A stretch of DNA of 60,083 nucleotides, counting the filler, from Dugesia japonica (lineage: Eukaryota): the NCBI GenBank assembly GCA_001938525.1. It is 4 parts of 4 records of this genome, joined end to end, with 100 filler letters (N's around TTAATTAATTAA, not from the genome) between each part and the next. Parts side by side here need not be neighbours in the genome. Positions count along the whole stretch, not along the records: positions 35,054 to 47,979 come from MQRL01338026.1; positions 48,080 to 60,083 come from MQRL01582294.1; 2 more parts are not named here. One strand, given 5' to 3'. Below the pieces are notes generated by a model. It made no database searches, was not told the origin of the DNA, and worked only from the letters and a program-made list of their open reading frames with translations. Below, one piece after another: positions 39,257 through 52,639 of this stretch. A program made the translations under genes and the position numbers. How positions within the stretch are numbered: the first letter of the stretch is position 1; the number at the start of each line of letters is the position of its first letter.

Positions 39257-41848
39257 ATGGATTTATGCTTAAGGGATCGGTACTATCATTCACAGAAAGC
39301 AGTCTTTGAGCTAATCACTGATGAGGTATCAGCTGACTGCTTTCCTTCACAAACTGATCTTGAGGCTTACTTCCAATCGAAATCAGAAGTTGATCCGACT
39401 ACAAAATGGGATTTATGCCCCCCCATAAAATCAGGCGAGAATTCCTTTGAATTTTCCTGTCCCCAACCTGCTAGTATCAGAGCCATCTTATTTGGGCTGT
39501 CCAACTCGGCACCTGGTAATAACAACATTACATACCAGGACCTTAAAGCGACTGACCCAAAATGTATTCTGATACACAGGATTTTCAAGAAAATTCTATT
39601 GACAGGGACAACTCCGAATAGCTGGCGTGCCTACTCAACCCTGATGATACCAAAACCTAGAAAAGCTGGCTCCTACCTTCTAGTCTCATCTTGGAGGCCA
39701 ATAGCCTTACTTGACTGTCTGTACAAGCTCTTCATGGCATGTCTTGCGTCTGAACTCTCAAGATGGACACAAAACTCTGGATTATTACATAATCTCCAGA
39801 AGAGCGCTGGACAGTCTGAGGGCTGCTCAGAACACAATTTTTTGCTCCTTTGTCTCCTCAATGAGCAGAACCGATATAATCAGTTCACTCTGCATATCGC
39901 GTTTCTGGACATAGCTGACGCCTTTGGTAGCATCCCCATTTAACACATTCTAGATATTCTAATGAAAATGGGGGTCACCGAAAAGGCAATTATGCTAATC
40001 AGAGCGCTGTACTCTGATTGCTGCAGCTATTATATTTGCAATGGGATATCTACTAGTCCTTTTGCAAATAAAAGGGAAGTTAGACAGGGTTGTCCTTTAT
40101 CTATGTTGCTGTTTAACATCGGTATTAATCCCATCATAAATGAGATCTCAAAAACTCAGGGTGCCGGTGTTAAATGTGCTGGACATCCCATATCTTGCTT
40201 GGCATATGCTGATGACTTAGCACTTGTTGCTTCCTCCAAGGCCAACCTGCAAGATATGGTGTATGTAGCTGTCAAAATTGTGAAATGTTCCTCTTTAGAT
40301 TTTAGGCCGAGTAAGTGCGCCTATTTAATATGTCCCGTAAATGGTGAACTTGCCCAAATTGTCGTAAAGGAGGAAATTGTTCCCAAACTTATCAACAAGG
40401 AATCCTACAGATATCTGGGTGTTGACTTTAATCAGGAACATTTCCAAACCCCAGTGGAGATGTTTGAGAAATCTGTCAGGGACCTGGAAAAAATAACCAC
40501 TTCGGTTCTTCATCCCTGGCAGAAGATCCACGCTTATAAGACATTTATCCATTACCGTTTCACATTTGCCTTTAGAAATTTCAATATTCCTATAGGCAAA
40601 TTCTCTTGTAGTGCTCAAACGGAGAATGGAATTGTCCATAGGAAAAAGGGGATTGACAAATCAGTTCGCCATAACATCAGAAAGATTCTTTCAGTCCCAG
40701 AGTCATTCCATCTGACTACCTGTACGGTTCCCAAATAATAGGGAGGGTCGGACTAACATCAGCGAGGGACGAATACTCTGTACAATCTCTCGTGCAAGCA
40801 CTCAAGATGCTTGAATGTCCTGACGAGATTGTACGAGATGTGGCAAGCAATGACCTAATTCATGCTGCCACTAAACACCTTAAACTTCATAAACTGTGTT
40901 CACTCGACGAAGCACTGGATTGGCTCTCTGTGGATACCACCAAACTCCAATTGAAGTGTTGGTGGTCCAAGGCCCAAGGTGCAATAGTCTACCTGCAGCA
41001 GACTCTGAACTTACAAACGCAATGAGCTTGGAGTCTGTTTGCAGGTCATCGACTGCGCCTATGAAGACAATTATCTTATTTCCTTCAAGAGCAATGACAA
41101 ACTCCTCCATGACTTACTCGAGTGGACACACACGAGAAAGTGGAACGCTCTGGTAAAAACTGGTGCGATGTCAACTGCAGTTGGAGAATCCCGACTCTCA
41201 ACGAAGCCGTTATATGATGGCTCTATCAGACTCGAAAGCTGGCGATTTATTCACAGGGTGAGAACTAACACTCTTCCTGTCGGTTATAATCTAGGGAAGA
41301 AAGAACCTTGTAGAAAATGCCCATACTAGCAAGAAACTCAGGTACATGTCTTGTGTCACTGCCCATCTTTAATGGGTCAGCGCATTAGACAACACAATGA
41401 TGTGCTTGAGTCCCTGGTCGAGTTTGTTAGAGCAAATACAAATTTCAAAGTCATCATCGATCAGACCTGTGACCTTGTTAACAGGACTGATCGTGTTGAC
41501 CTGCAGTTGATAAATAGCAATGAAAAGCGCATAATCCTACTGGATGTGAAAATCCCATACGACACATCCAGTAACATAAAATTAGCGAGGGAGACGAATA
41601 TAAATAAATACACCCCACTCAAGGACAACATTCTAAAGAACTTACCGAACTGGAATGTCCTCTTGGAGACGATCTCAGTTGGGTGCCTGGAATCCTGGTG
41701 TATTGAGAATGAACCTGTTCTCAAAACAGTTGGTCTCCGCGTCAACATTATTAAAAAATTTGCGCTCCTCTCGATCAGGAAATGTATAGCCTGGTCGAGC
41801 AGACACTGGGCTTTCCATAGCGGAAGAGCTGGCAGCATGGACAACTAG
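39257..41848 (+). pseudogene. Reverse transcriptase + CCHC + restriction-like endonuclease of the LINE
   Basis: Consecutive ORF fragments separated by stops/frameshifts, carrying canonical motifs. Confidence 0.92.
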
Positions 41849-42283
41849 GAGTCTGATTACCTCAACTCATGCGCTGGCTTATCTGCAATGGAATATGCAG
41901 GATAATGTTTCCCATCTCCGACAACTTCTTGCGACAACATCTTCTTTTTTCTTCTCTTTTTGTTTTTTTCATACAGCAATAAGCTGGCCAAACCGAGTCA
42001 ACAGACTCGGTAAGGGTTTTCTCACCTGAAATACGGTAATTTAATACTTTGCGTTGAATACGTGTCGTACTTAAAGTAAATTTATTATCACTAGTTGATA
42101 GCTGTTAAAATTATTTATTTTAGAATTATGATGCTTCTGTTGTTGCTGCTCCTGTTGTTGCTTCTATTTATGATAAAAGTTAGTTTTTATTTATTTTATA
42201 ATTTATTTTATGTTAATTTTTAAATGAACTTTTAATAATTTTATAAAATGTAATACAACTTATTTTTTCCATAATTTTGTACA

Positions 42284-43565
42284 ATGTACAAACAGTATTG
42301 TGCAAATCGGATTCATAAAGGCTGCCATAGTACTATAGAGAGATACTATGCACAATCTTTTAATGAGGAAAAGTATTGCATATGTCCATCATGTAGGTCT
42401 TTAGAAATAGGTGAATATTTAGACCACTTAGGACAGTTTACAACAAATAAAAAACAATTATTGAGGATGATATTATATAAAGAGATAGATGACCAACCAT
42501 CGAAGAAGAGAAAAGAAGATTTAGTAGTTATCTCAGATGAGGAAATGAAGGTGGAGTCTCAGATAATTAAAGATGATTGGACAAATTTCTAAATCATAGT
42601 TGAAATGGATGAAGACGATATTTCCATGCAAAATTTTGTAGATGAAGAATAAGCACAAGTTGGTGGCTTTCTCAATAAAGATGTATTAACAGAAAGTTAC
42701 ATAAATAAATGTCACCAGATATTAAAAATGGATTTTTCAGGGTGGAATACGAGAGAAATAGTTTTAACAAACTCGTTGATTGAGCAGTTATTCAAAATTA
42801 TTAAAGAATTAAAAAATATCAAGATCCAATTTGGGATAATTATTGAATTTGAAAAAAATGAGGAAACAAAAACTTGTAGATTATCCAATCGAGCTGTTCC
42901 ATTGAGCAATTCGATTTTCAAAGATGGAATAAAACAATTAAATGAGAAGATAGCTATACAAAACGAGCTCAGATCTAGTTGGATACTAAGCCGCATACTG
43001 GACAGACTGCACTGGACTTAAGTAAATTAAGAATGTACAGATTACAGTACATTGAGTTGGAAAAGTACAGGCAGGAAGAGAATTGTAAGATAAATATAGT
43101 AGCTGGCGATACTAATAGTTTTTTCTTAGAAGTGGTAGACATAAGTTTAGAAAAACTAACCGGATTAATGATGAAAAATCAGCTATTGGGCACATCCAAT
43201 TACAGCACAAGCCATCCCCTTTACAGAAATAGTTTAAATTCAGTAATTGTAAAATTCAAGGATGATAGTGAAGGAAAAAATATCAAGAATGGATATTTTT
43301 GAGACCGAAGTGTTATAGCCTACTTAGTGAGAAAGAATCAATGAAAGCTAAGGTCATAACAATAAAAGGTACTGACATTTCTCAGCAGTAGTATCTTGAT
43401 TGTTATAATAATAATGAAACGGTCTCAGTAGAGCAAGTTCGAATAACATCAAAAAATCATCAGCTCTACTGTATAAAAATAAAAAAGTAGCTCTGCTTAA
43501 TACGGATGATAAGCAAGTATAAACAGAGGAAATTTTAAGCTTACTATACGGGCATTATACATTTT
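42284..43565 (+). pseudogene. Polinton pPolB remnant (TP-like region joined to the C-terminal polymerase part), no intein
   Basis: QNELRSSWILSRI, then IVAGDTNSFFL, TSNYSTSHPLY, KFKDD, FLRPKCYS, SKNHQLY, KVALLNTDDK, YGHY. Confidence 0.85.
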
Positions 43566-44829
43566 AATAATTTTTCTCAATAAATATCAATCAAACTCAA
43601 TCAAGCTCAATTTGATCTACTTCAAAGTATGACTTTATTTTATTTTAGATAATATTTAACTTTTATAATTAGGAAAAAGAAGAAAATCGTGTATATGTGA
43701 ACGTGTACTGGTACTCTTTAGGACCAAAAATATTGATTGAGAGTATATCAGTCCTCTTTAGAGCGGAAAATCATAAATTTGATCAAATAACTGAAACAAA
43801 GAAAATAAAATACAGATGCATTTCAAGAAAAAGCTATGAGTCATACTTGAGAAACTCAAATGCAAGTGAAACAAAGAGATGGCAACACGAATTCAATTAG
43901 AACAAAGAGCTTGAGTCATACTTATGCATCATGAATGCAGGTTAATCAAAGACAATAAAACTCAAATGCAACTATACAAAGAGCATGAGTAGTGCAGGTG
44001 CGCAATAAGAATGCAAGTTAAATAAATAAAATGAAGTTGACACAATGGTCAATATAAAAAAATCAACATGTTTCATTTTATTAACAGTTCATTTCGATAA
44101 AGTTATAGATGATATGGTTGAATATATTAATATAACCTTTTTTTATGAAAATCAACAAAATGTTGTAGAATTGAATGAAGAAAAGAATAATGAAACATTT
44201 TTTGAAGCTCTAGGTAAGTTATTTTTATTAATTTGTTATTTAAATAATGAATAACTTAGAAAATATTTTAAAGGATGTGAAAATGATAGTTGATGTACAG
44301 ACAGTTGAATATGTACCAATGATAGAAGAAGAAATATTGATTAATAAAGGTACGGACCTTTTAGAAAAATCAATCAATATATTTGATAAAGGTTTCATTT
44401 AATTTTATTTAACTTATATTAATTATTTTTCAGTGTTGTTCATCGAATTACTTGAAACTAATTATCCAAAACTAAGAAAAGAAATACTATATTGCGCACC
44501 AGAATTGTTATGATTTAAAATAAACCATATGACCAGAGTTGATATCAAAAAGTTTATGAATATATTCAACGAATATCATAAAGAAGATATTGATTGTGAA
44601 TATTTTTCTGGAAAGAAGAATGATTTGAAGAGAAAATTTATCGACTCTATCAATCCTGAGTATAATAAAAGACACTTAATAAATGTATGTCAATTAATTT
44701 AGTTTGTTATTAAATAAATGTTAATTTATATATTAATTTATTTATTCTTTATTAATTTATTAAATACTTTAAATAAAATTTTAAAAAGAAATTAAAACAT
44801 TAAAAAAAACAAAAAATATTAATTATAAG

Positions 44830-45354
44830 TCTGCGCGGGGAATTCAAATATTAAGTCTGTCCGGGTAATTTAAATATGAAGTCTGTCTGAGAAAGTTTGA
44901 CCGGATGACCTTGAAACGCTTCGACCAATCACATCACAGGATACTATATAACTTTGACATTGAACCACGTCGACCAATCAGAACGCAGGGTACTATATCA
45001 CTTTGACCTTGAAACGCTTCAACCAATTAGATCATAGGGTACTTTATTTCTTTGACCTTCAACCACGTCGACCAATCAGATCAAAGGATACTATATCACT
45101 TGGACCTTGAAACGCATCGAATAATCAGAACGCGGGATGCTATATCATTTTGTCTTTGAAACGCATCGACCAATCAGAATCTAGTATACTGTATCCGTTT
45201 GACCTTGAAAATTCGGTCATTAAATTTTTGACCAATCATAATAGAATATACTAGATCACAGAACATCCAGAATCAAGTATGCTGTATCAGTGACCTTGAA
45301 AAAAATTCTTCTCGATGGGGGAGGGGTGATACATTGCGCAACTATCTACCTACT
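44830..45354. repeat. Polinton subterminal ~56-bp tandem array and terminus
   Basis: About 7 units of TGACCTTGAAACGCxTCGACCAATCAGA..TACTATATCACTT; ends ...ACTATCTACCTACT, consistent with an AGT...ACT Polinton-type end. Confidence 0.7.
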
Positions 45355-46159
45355 CACAGATGGTCTGTTTGCACCACGAATTACTTTCTGAATAAGCAAT
45401 ATATAGACTGCTTAATAAATTTATAAATAACTAATAATAACTAATAAATAATAATTGTTTCTGGCTCTTTGTTATAAATTTTGAGGCATTATAGATAGCT
45501 TTTCTGTTCGACTTTGTATTTTTTATAAAATCTATTTACCATCTTAAACTATTAGTTTTGTAATCTTCTCACTGAGTTTGTAGAAGTATTTTTACTGTTT
45601 TTGTCAATGTAAATATTTTTTTCTTTCAAGGTATGCTACTGAGTGGTTCTGATATTATCACTTACTCTTTAATAAACATTTTATAATAGTTACTGGACTC
45701 AATAAATGTTTGTAGTTCTTTCTTACATCCAAATATCGATTTCAATGATTTTATATAAGCGATTTGAAAAGATCCGTTGCAACTCCTATTTGTGACACAA
45801 ATTGTCCAAAATATTATATCTTCTTTCACTGGAATGTATACTTTTCTGGTAATATTTTGAAACCAACATCTTGATTTTTTTATAAAGAATGTTTTTGGCT
45901 CTTCCATTGTTTTTCTATTTCAGGTTTATGACATTTTCCCCAGTTTTCACTTCATGGTACAATATACATTGTCATTAGGAAAATGCCATGAGCCGAATGT
46001 AATCTAAAGGGCATTCTTGTGAATTCATTTTATTTAGTTTTTTTTCTGTTTTTATTAATTATTTACAATATTTATGTTGGGTTCTTAGGATTTGGATGGT
46101 TATATTGTTCTGTATTTTCTCTGATCTCGCTTTTGATAATTATCGTTTTTATTGACATA

Positions 46160-47100
46160 TCTAGGGGCAACCTAAAACCACAATTATTTGCGTCACCTCT
46201 GTGACGTGCATCTCTTTACCACGGGTTCAGCGCGACTTTGCGATATCGCGTCTTACTCATTGAATACATGAACCCTGACAGCAATAATTATTTTTATGCT
46301 CAGTAAAAATTTATTATGATAATTCTACTTCCACGAATAAAATCTCTAGAAAATGAAAATACTACTTCCACACTCATTTATATTTATTGATTCACATTAA
46401 ACATCCGTCAATCGGTGTCCAAGTCGACTGTTTGGTCCGTGGTTGCAATCGTTTCCGCTGGAGATGGATAATTTAGCCAGAGAGTTCGTAGCGTGACGAA
46501 CATGGATCCTTTCGGTCGGCATATGTTTTTATAATATCCGCCTTTAGCCTGTTCGCGTGCTGAAGGAACAGCTTCTTTTCTTTAATCTGGTTGTATTTAG
46601 CCGTTGATTTTATTACCTGTCTTTTCAGCCTTAGAATTTCAATTTTCAATTCTCTTCGCTTCTCTTTCCATCTTTGCTGCGCGGCGGTCGTCTCTTTCTT
46701 CAACATCTTTTCTTCATTAGATTTATTCAATAAAAAATTTTTTTCCTTCTCGTAGCCAGCATTTTGGTCGTCCAACAGTTCAACTGCATTTCTCCAGGGA
46801 ATCCAGAACGTGCCCGCATCACCATCGTTAGAAAGCACTAGCGGAATGTGCTCGAAAATATGCCGTCATTTTCTATTTAAAAATAAAAATATTATATATT
46901 ACCTCAGATTTAATCAATAAATGTAAATTAAATACATAAAAATTGTCGGGTGTCGCTTCTTCGGCCTGCGGCCTCATATGGCTTCGTCTTCGCTTCAGTA
47001 GTACGAATCAGAGAAGATTTCCACTATAGCAGACATCTTCTCTGGTTCCCACTACTTCAAAGCTATGTTAAGAATTTTCTTTATTATTGTAAAAAACATA
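46160..47100 (-). pseudogene. Uncharacterised repeated coiled-coil family (copy C)
   Basis: ORF 46473-46838 plus flanks homologous to 2240-2790 and 11845-12090. Confidence 0.5.
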
Positions 47101-47979
47101 AAATTTCTTATTCGTGGCTTGTTTATAGTTGAATAACTCATTACGTTACCAAGTCTTAATTATTTAATAAAACCAAAATTTTTAGCAAATAAAAACTATA
47201 TTATAACTCCAAAGCAAAACATTACATAAAAACAAAACAAAACTGAACGAAACCCAATACAAAATCCTTTATAAAATTCAAAGTGCCATCTGTATTCATT
47301 CATAGAGCTCCCCATTCTTCTGTGATAATCGTTCTGCACGTTTAATTTAGATCAACTCCGTAATCGTTTCTTCATTAACCCATTGCTAGTTTTCATTCAT
47401 ATTTCTGAAGATGGGTGGGTAACTTTCCATTCTTGTTCCTTCGAAGTTTTCACTCACCACTCCGCAATGACAACGTAGCTCTGGGATTTCATTTTCCCAA
47501 TATTTGACTTTCCATTTTTATCCACATCTATAATTCTCTCACGACTCTATAATAATTTTATAGTAATTAAATCTCATTTTCTCAGTGTCGTATTTGCCAT
47601 TTTCTCTCACTTTTTCATCAGGAATTATAAGCGGTTGAATCTCCTTTCCTTGATATTTTATTTTACATTTTTCTATCACCACTCTACAATAATCTGATAG
47701 TAATTGAATCTCATTTTTCCATTGTCGGATTAGCCAATTTTCTTTTTCTTCTATTTTTGTTTTTTTCCTTTCCATGCTCCGGGAGCACAACCTTTAATCA
47801 GGGCACTAAGAATTTATGATATTGTATAAAAAGACAATGGGGTAATTTTGTAAAATAAAAATAAAAATTTACTTTTTCTTTCAATTATATGTTACATTAC
47901 ATAATAATTAATTACATAATAATAATGACAATAATAATAATAATAATAATTTTGACAACATTTTCTCGTCCAGTTCACC

Positions 47980-48079
47980 NNNNNNNNNNNNNNNNNNNNN
48001 NNNNNNNNNNNNNNNNNNNNNNNTTAATTAATTAANNNNNNNNNNNNNNNNNNNNNNNNNNNNNNNNNNNNNNNNNNNN
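47980..48079. other. Artificial scaffold spacer
   Basis: N44-TTAATTAATTAA-N44. Confidence 0.9.
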
Positions 48080-48563
48080 CCCCCCCCCGAGGATGTTGCG
48101 GGTATCCCGTGAAAGAAAATCGAAAAGTATGAAACATCCACGAAATGATGTGAACAGAAAATGTGTTATGCAAATTTTTGAATGATGACTAAATATATAT
48201 TGTGATTTGGGTTTATTAATTGATGGTCATTACACGATACGAAATGATCGAATAGCTTTGCCTACCTTCAAAGCTAAGAAAATAAGTTAACATTTATGTT
48301 TCGTTGTATTCCCTGCGTGTAGTGTCTTGTCAAACTGCCAAACGTTACTGTCGGTTTATTGAACCCTAGGGTAAATAGATCGTTGATTAGTATTATGTTA
48401 GGCAGCATTATTGTCAATATTACTGTCATCTGGGAACATAAACTCTTTGATTTAGAAATATTATACATTTTTCATTCGAAATATATGGTTTGTCTAAAAC
48501 TATATTTAATAACATCTTTTATTTAGATGTCTATATGAATTTATATATATATATATATATATA

Positions 48564-48968
48564 AGGTGGTTAGGTAGAGACACGATCGAAAATGACGCAA
48601 TCACCGTTCACGCTTCTTTATGTAAAAAACAATAATTGTGAATTTTCACACCTTTAAGTAAACAATTGATTTTTTTATTGTTTTTTTCATGTAAATAGTG
48701 AACTTTCTCAATTTAAATATTTCTTTCATACCTTAATATAAATAATGAATTTTCGCTCCTGAGATCTATATTTTTCACACCTAATCTGTTTTATGCATGG
48801 TTTAATGCGCCTTACAATATATAAAGATTGTTACCATAAAATGTTATTTTTATGTGTGATCTTTCACACATTAATGTAAATACTGAACGTTCACACATAT
48901 TTTGTTCTGAGGTAAAACTAGTGATGAGCCTCAATAATTACATATACTTTTATTTGTGAACCTTCATG
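48564..48968 (+). repeat. Left inverted repeat (DNA transposon end-like) flanking the Polinton module
   Basis: 48700-48968 is a diverged reverse complement of 54813-55081. Confidence 0.8.
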
Positions 48969-49276
48969 GTAATGTAACTGTCATCTTTATCACCCAAAAT
49001 CTTTTCCATCACGGTGATATGCATCGTACACGTAATTTAAATGTTCATTATTTGGTTCTATTAAAAAATCCACGCGATCAAACTGTGATTGATTATGTTT
49101 CTCGTCAAGCATTTCCTCACAATAAAGGATTTTTATCTAATGTATTTCGCGATGTTACTACAAAACCACATGAATATTTATTTATTGATTTCATGCAACT
49201 ATGTCCTGATGATAAACGAGTAAAAACCGATATTTTCAATTTGGAAGAAATAACAGTTTACAAACCATTGGTATAA
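48965..49276 (+). pseudogene. Polinton A32-like packaging ATPase, 5'-truncated
   Basis: VIFITQNLF..RT.NLNVHYLVLLKNPRD...SRQAFP...YLFIDF. Confidence 0.85.
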
Positions 49277-49305
49277 AAAAATTAGTACTTTATAAAAAAA
49301 AAGAA

Positions 49306-49815
49306 ATGAATCGATTTAAAAATGTTGTCATAAAGCAAAAGGATGGTGGTTGTGGTGGTAGTTGTGGTGGTGGTGGTAATGGTGGTGGTAATTTGAGAAT
49401 ATTTTCAGGAAGTATTCCATACTTTAAGGCAATTTTAAGGGTTTTATCAGATTCTCGATGGAAAATTATGCACTCTTTGCCGGAATTTGTAATGAATGAT
49501 TTCATTAGTGTTTTGCAACAAATTGTTTTGGGTCGAGTAAATTTTGGTCATAAACGTGGAAAATATCGATTGAAAAAGTATCAAAAAGCTCTTGAAGATA
49601 TGGCAAAAGCAATAAATTTGGTAGCAAAGAAACGAATACTTCAAAGACATTTTCCTTTTACGAAATAAAACAAGAAGAGTAACAAACAAGTTTATAATGG
49701 ATTTGTTTGGGCTGCACTTTAACCGATTCTAAATTTGTTGGGTAAAGCGGCTGCAACAAATGCAGTTGGTGCTGCTACAGGATATGCTACAAAAAAAATT
49801 ATTGATTCAATATAA
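49306..49815 (+). pseudogene. Polinton small basic protein with amphipathic C-terminus
   Basis: Reading through the stops in frame gives ...NGFVWAAL*PILNLLGKAAATNAVGAATGYATKKII. Confidence 0.5.
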
Positions 49816-49989
49816 ACAATTTAGAGTCTTTTTGCTATTGCAATATAAATGTATGTTGCACCTTCTAATATTTCAGACATTTCATTAAGTATTCGTTGTT
49901 GTATTTCAGGCGATCAAGTTGATGGAACAACTATGGATCTGGTTGGATACGCCGGTATTTTAAAGCGTGCATTTGCTGCAAATGTTTCG

Positions 49990-50880
49990 GTAAAAGAGAT
50001 GAAGAAATGTTTAGGTAATCAGTTGGCGTATAGTTTGAATAGACAAATGTGAAAACGGTTTCCAACATGCAAATATATTGTTGCTGGTGTTAATAGACTA
50101 TGGCAAATAGACTTGACGGAAAAGATTCCATATGCATGCATAAATAATGAATATAGATATATTTTGACATATACTGATGTATTTAGTTGATTTGCTCGCG
50201 CGGTTCTAGTAAAACGGAAATCTGGTAAACATATATGTTGTTGGCTTTGACGGCAATATTCAAAGATGTTCATCCGAAAGCTATTCAAACCGATTTGGGT
50301 AAAGAGTTTTACAATACTTAGGTCAAATCATTACTGAAAAATATAGCATACTGCACATTTCAGTATTTTCTCAGTACAGGGCTGGTCTATTAAAGTGATT
50401 TAGTTGAACACTACGCACACGATAAAACAAGTTTTTTACGAAACAAGGTAACAAAAAATATGTTTTACCATAAATGATTTATGCATACAACCATTCTCAG
50501 TATAGAGGTATTGGAGGACGAAAACCTGAAGATGTTAAAGATGATGATGATTATACGCAGTATTTCATCAATAAAAACCATAACCAAAATATAAAATTGA
50601 ACAACATGTACGGATTTCTCGAATTAGTACTTCACCATTCATTAAAAACTTTGATAATAATTGGAGGGATGAAGTCTTTCAAATCTCGAAAATCAACACG
50701 AGACAAACCTCAGTCTAGTAGGCAATATGTGATGAAGATGGAAATATTATTCAAGGCAAATTCTATGAGCAGGAATTGCAAGTGTTGCCGGAAAAACCAA
50801 GTATATATCAAATCAAATCAGTTCTTAATATAAACAATATAACCAAGATATAGTTAAATAGCATGGCTATTCAAAGCCTA
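49990..50880 (+). pseudogene. Polinton retroviral-like integrase
   Basis: LWQIDL, YRYILTYTDVFS, IQTDLGKEFYN, YNHSQYRGIG, IQGKFYEQELQ across frameshifts. Confidence 0.85.
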
Positions 50881-50908
50881 AGTGGATTCAAGCATTTCAA
50901 ATCCAATA

Positions 50909-52250
50909 ATGAGTTTCAATATGGTTTTGCCAAGCAATAGTTTCCTGGAACTCGGCCTGATAATAATGCGAGCAAGTATTTGGTCAACTATGAGAATGCC
51001 ATCAAATTAAAAGATAACCATTTTGAAGTTGCCATGACAGAATTTGTTTCAATTATTGTCCAAAGAATATACGGAAAGATTCAAAAATTGAATATAAAAT
51101 AAGAGAAGTGATGGAAACTGAAGATCAATTTCAATTAAGTATTGTAGATGGTAGTATTCAATTTTATAATACCGTACCTATCAATAAATATAATTGGTAT
51201 ATACTTTCAGATAAAAAGAAAGTAATGTTAAAAACAGATTGCCAAGTTGAACTGGAGTTTAAATCGTTATCAGATGCAAAACACATTGGATTCAATTTAA
51301 TCAATACAAAAAATAAGAAGCCATTAGTTTCAGTCATTAAATCTGATGATCAGTTAATTCTGGAAAATATTCCATCAATATCTTTAAAATTTAAGTTTAA
51401 TAATACTGATGAAGGAAAGGGTAAAATAAAAGAAATTGAAGAAAATGTAAATGTTGAGGTTAAAAATGGAAAACCTGTTGTTTCTGGATTAAAAAATAAA
51501 CAAATTGCAAAATCAGTATTAATGGTGAAAAGAAAGTAATTATCAAATCTGATTGTGATATGTAATTGTAGTTTAATTCATTGTTCGATGCTCGGTTACT
51601 GGGGTTTAATTCGCAAAAGACGAAAAACCAACCGATGGATTCAGTGATTGAATCAGATACTAAAATGTTGGATAATATCGCCAAAACTGATTCTAAATTA
51701 AAATTTACTGAAATCAAAACAAAAATAAATTATTTTGAATTTGAAAGTGATTGAATGGTTACGGGTCTGGATAATCTAATTACATCATTTATAAAATTGT
51801 GCCATAAAATATTGAAAGAATTTGTTATACATCCAAAATTTGGACTGGTCATGTTTAAATTACTTGATAATGTTTAATTTATATCATTTGATGAGAGTCT
51901 TTTGCTAATACTTGGTCTTTCTTCTGCGAAATTCTACAAGTCTACAGAAAAAGTAAAGGGTTTGCATGCACATGGTGGTATTAGACAACTATATATTTAC
52001 TCATCAATAGTCGATTCCATCCTGGTTGGTCATATACGTGTTCCACTTTTGAGGAGTATATAGGTTGATAGTAGAAAGCATTCATTTAGTAATTTTGTAC
52101 ATGTAAGACTTGAAAATCTAATGTATTTACCTGTATCATCGTCGTCCATCAACAAAATTGAAGTGAACATACGTAATGATGTGGGAAGATTGATTGATTT
52201 TCCATAAAGATCAAAAACAAGTTTATCTCTACATAAACAATTTGATTATC
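50909..52250 (+). pseudogene. Polinton minor capsid (penton-like) protein with a long internal insert
   Basis: MVLPSNS..NNASKY..FEVAMTEF ... LYIYSSIVDSILVG..VPLLRS ... MYLPVS...IEVNIRNDVGRLIDF. Confidence 0.75.
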
Positions 52251-52639
52251 ATGTGATTCATTATTGAAATGGTTGATCAAGCTATTATATCAATGTATAG
52301 TCGTCAACAAATGGGTGGAGACTTGTCATATTTTATCGGTAAACAACAACAGCAAGGTGGTGAAATTTGACTGCATAGAATTGGACGTTTTGAAATTCCG
52401 ATTTTGCAGAAATTTGTACTTCCAATTGCAAAGTCGGTGGAGCAAGCAAACTATTGATAATGTTCTAAACAAGAAACAGTCATTTAAAGAATCAATCAAG
52501 AACCAAGCAATGAATATGTTGCCGGATATGAAGGAAAATGCACTTAATGCATTAAAGAAAGTTGTTGATGGACTGCATTGCAGTGAATTAGTTAACGGGA
52601 AAATAGAATAACACCGAGTATAAACAAAAGACGACCATT

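Larger units (their letters stand above)
35054..42080 (+). mobile_element. NeSL/R5-like RLE non-LTR retrotransposon, near full length, inactivated
   Basis: Asn-rich ORF1-like region, Ulp1 domains, RT (SAPG, WRPIAL, LDIADAFGSI, RQGCPLS, AYADDL, YRYLG), CCHC (CRKC..ETQVHVLCHC), RQHN, and the RVD...LLDVKIP restriction-like endonuclease; higher GC than flanks. Confidence 0.9.

Noticed and set aside
46955-46985. Hammerhead-like TGAGGCCGCAGGCCGAAG on the minus strand
   Set aside because: Lacks CTGA and GAAA; the homologous copy at ~2665 breaks the stem; better explained as decayed coding sequence.
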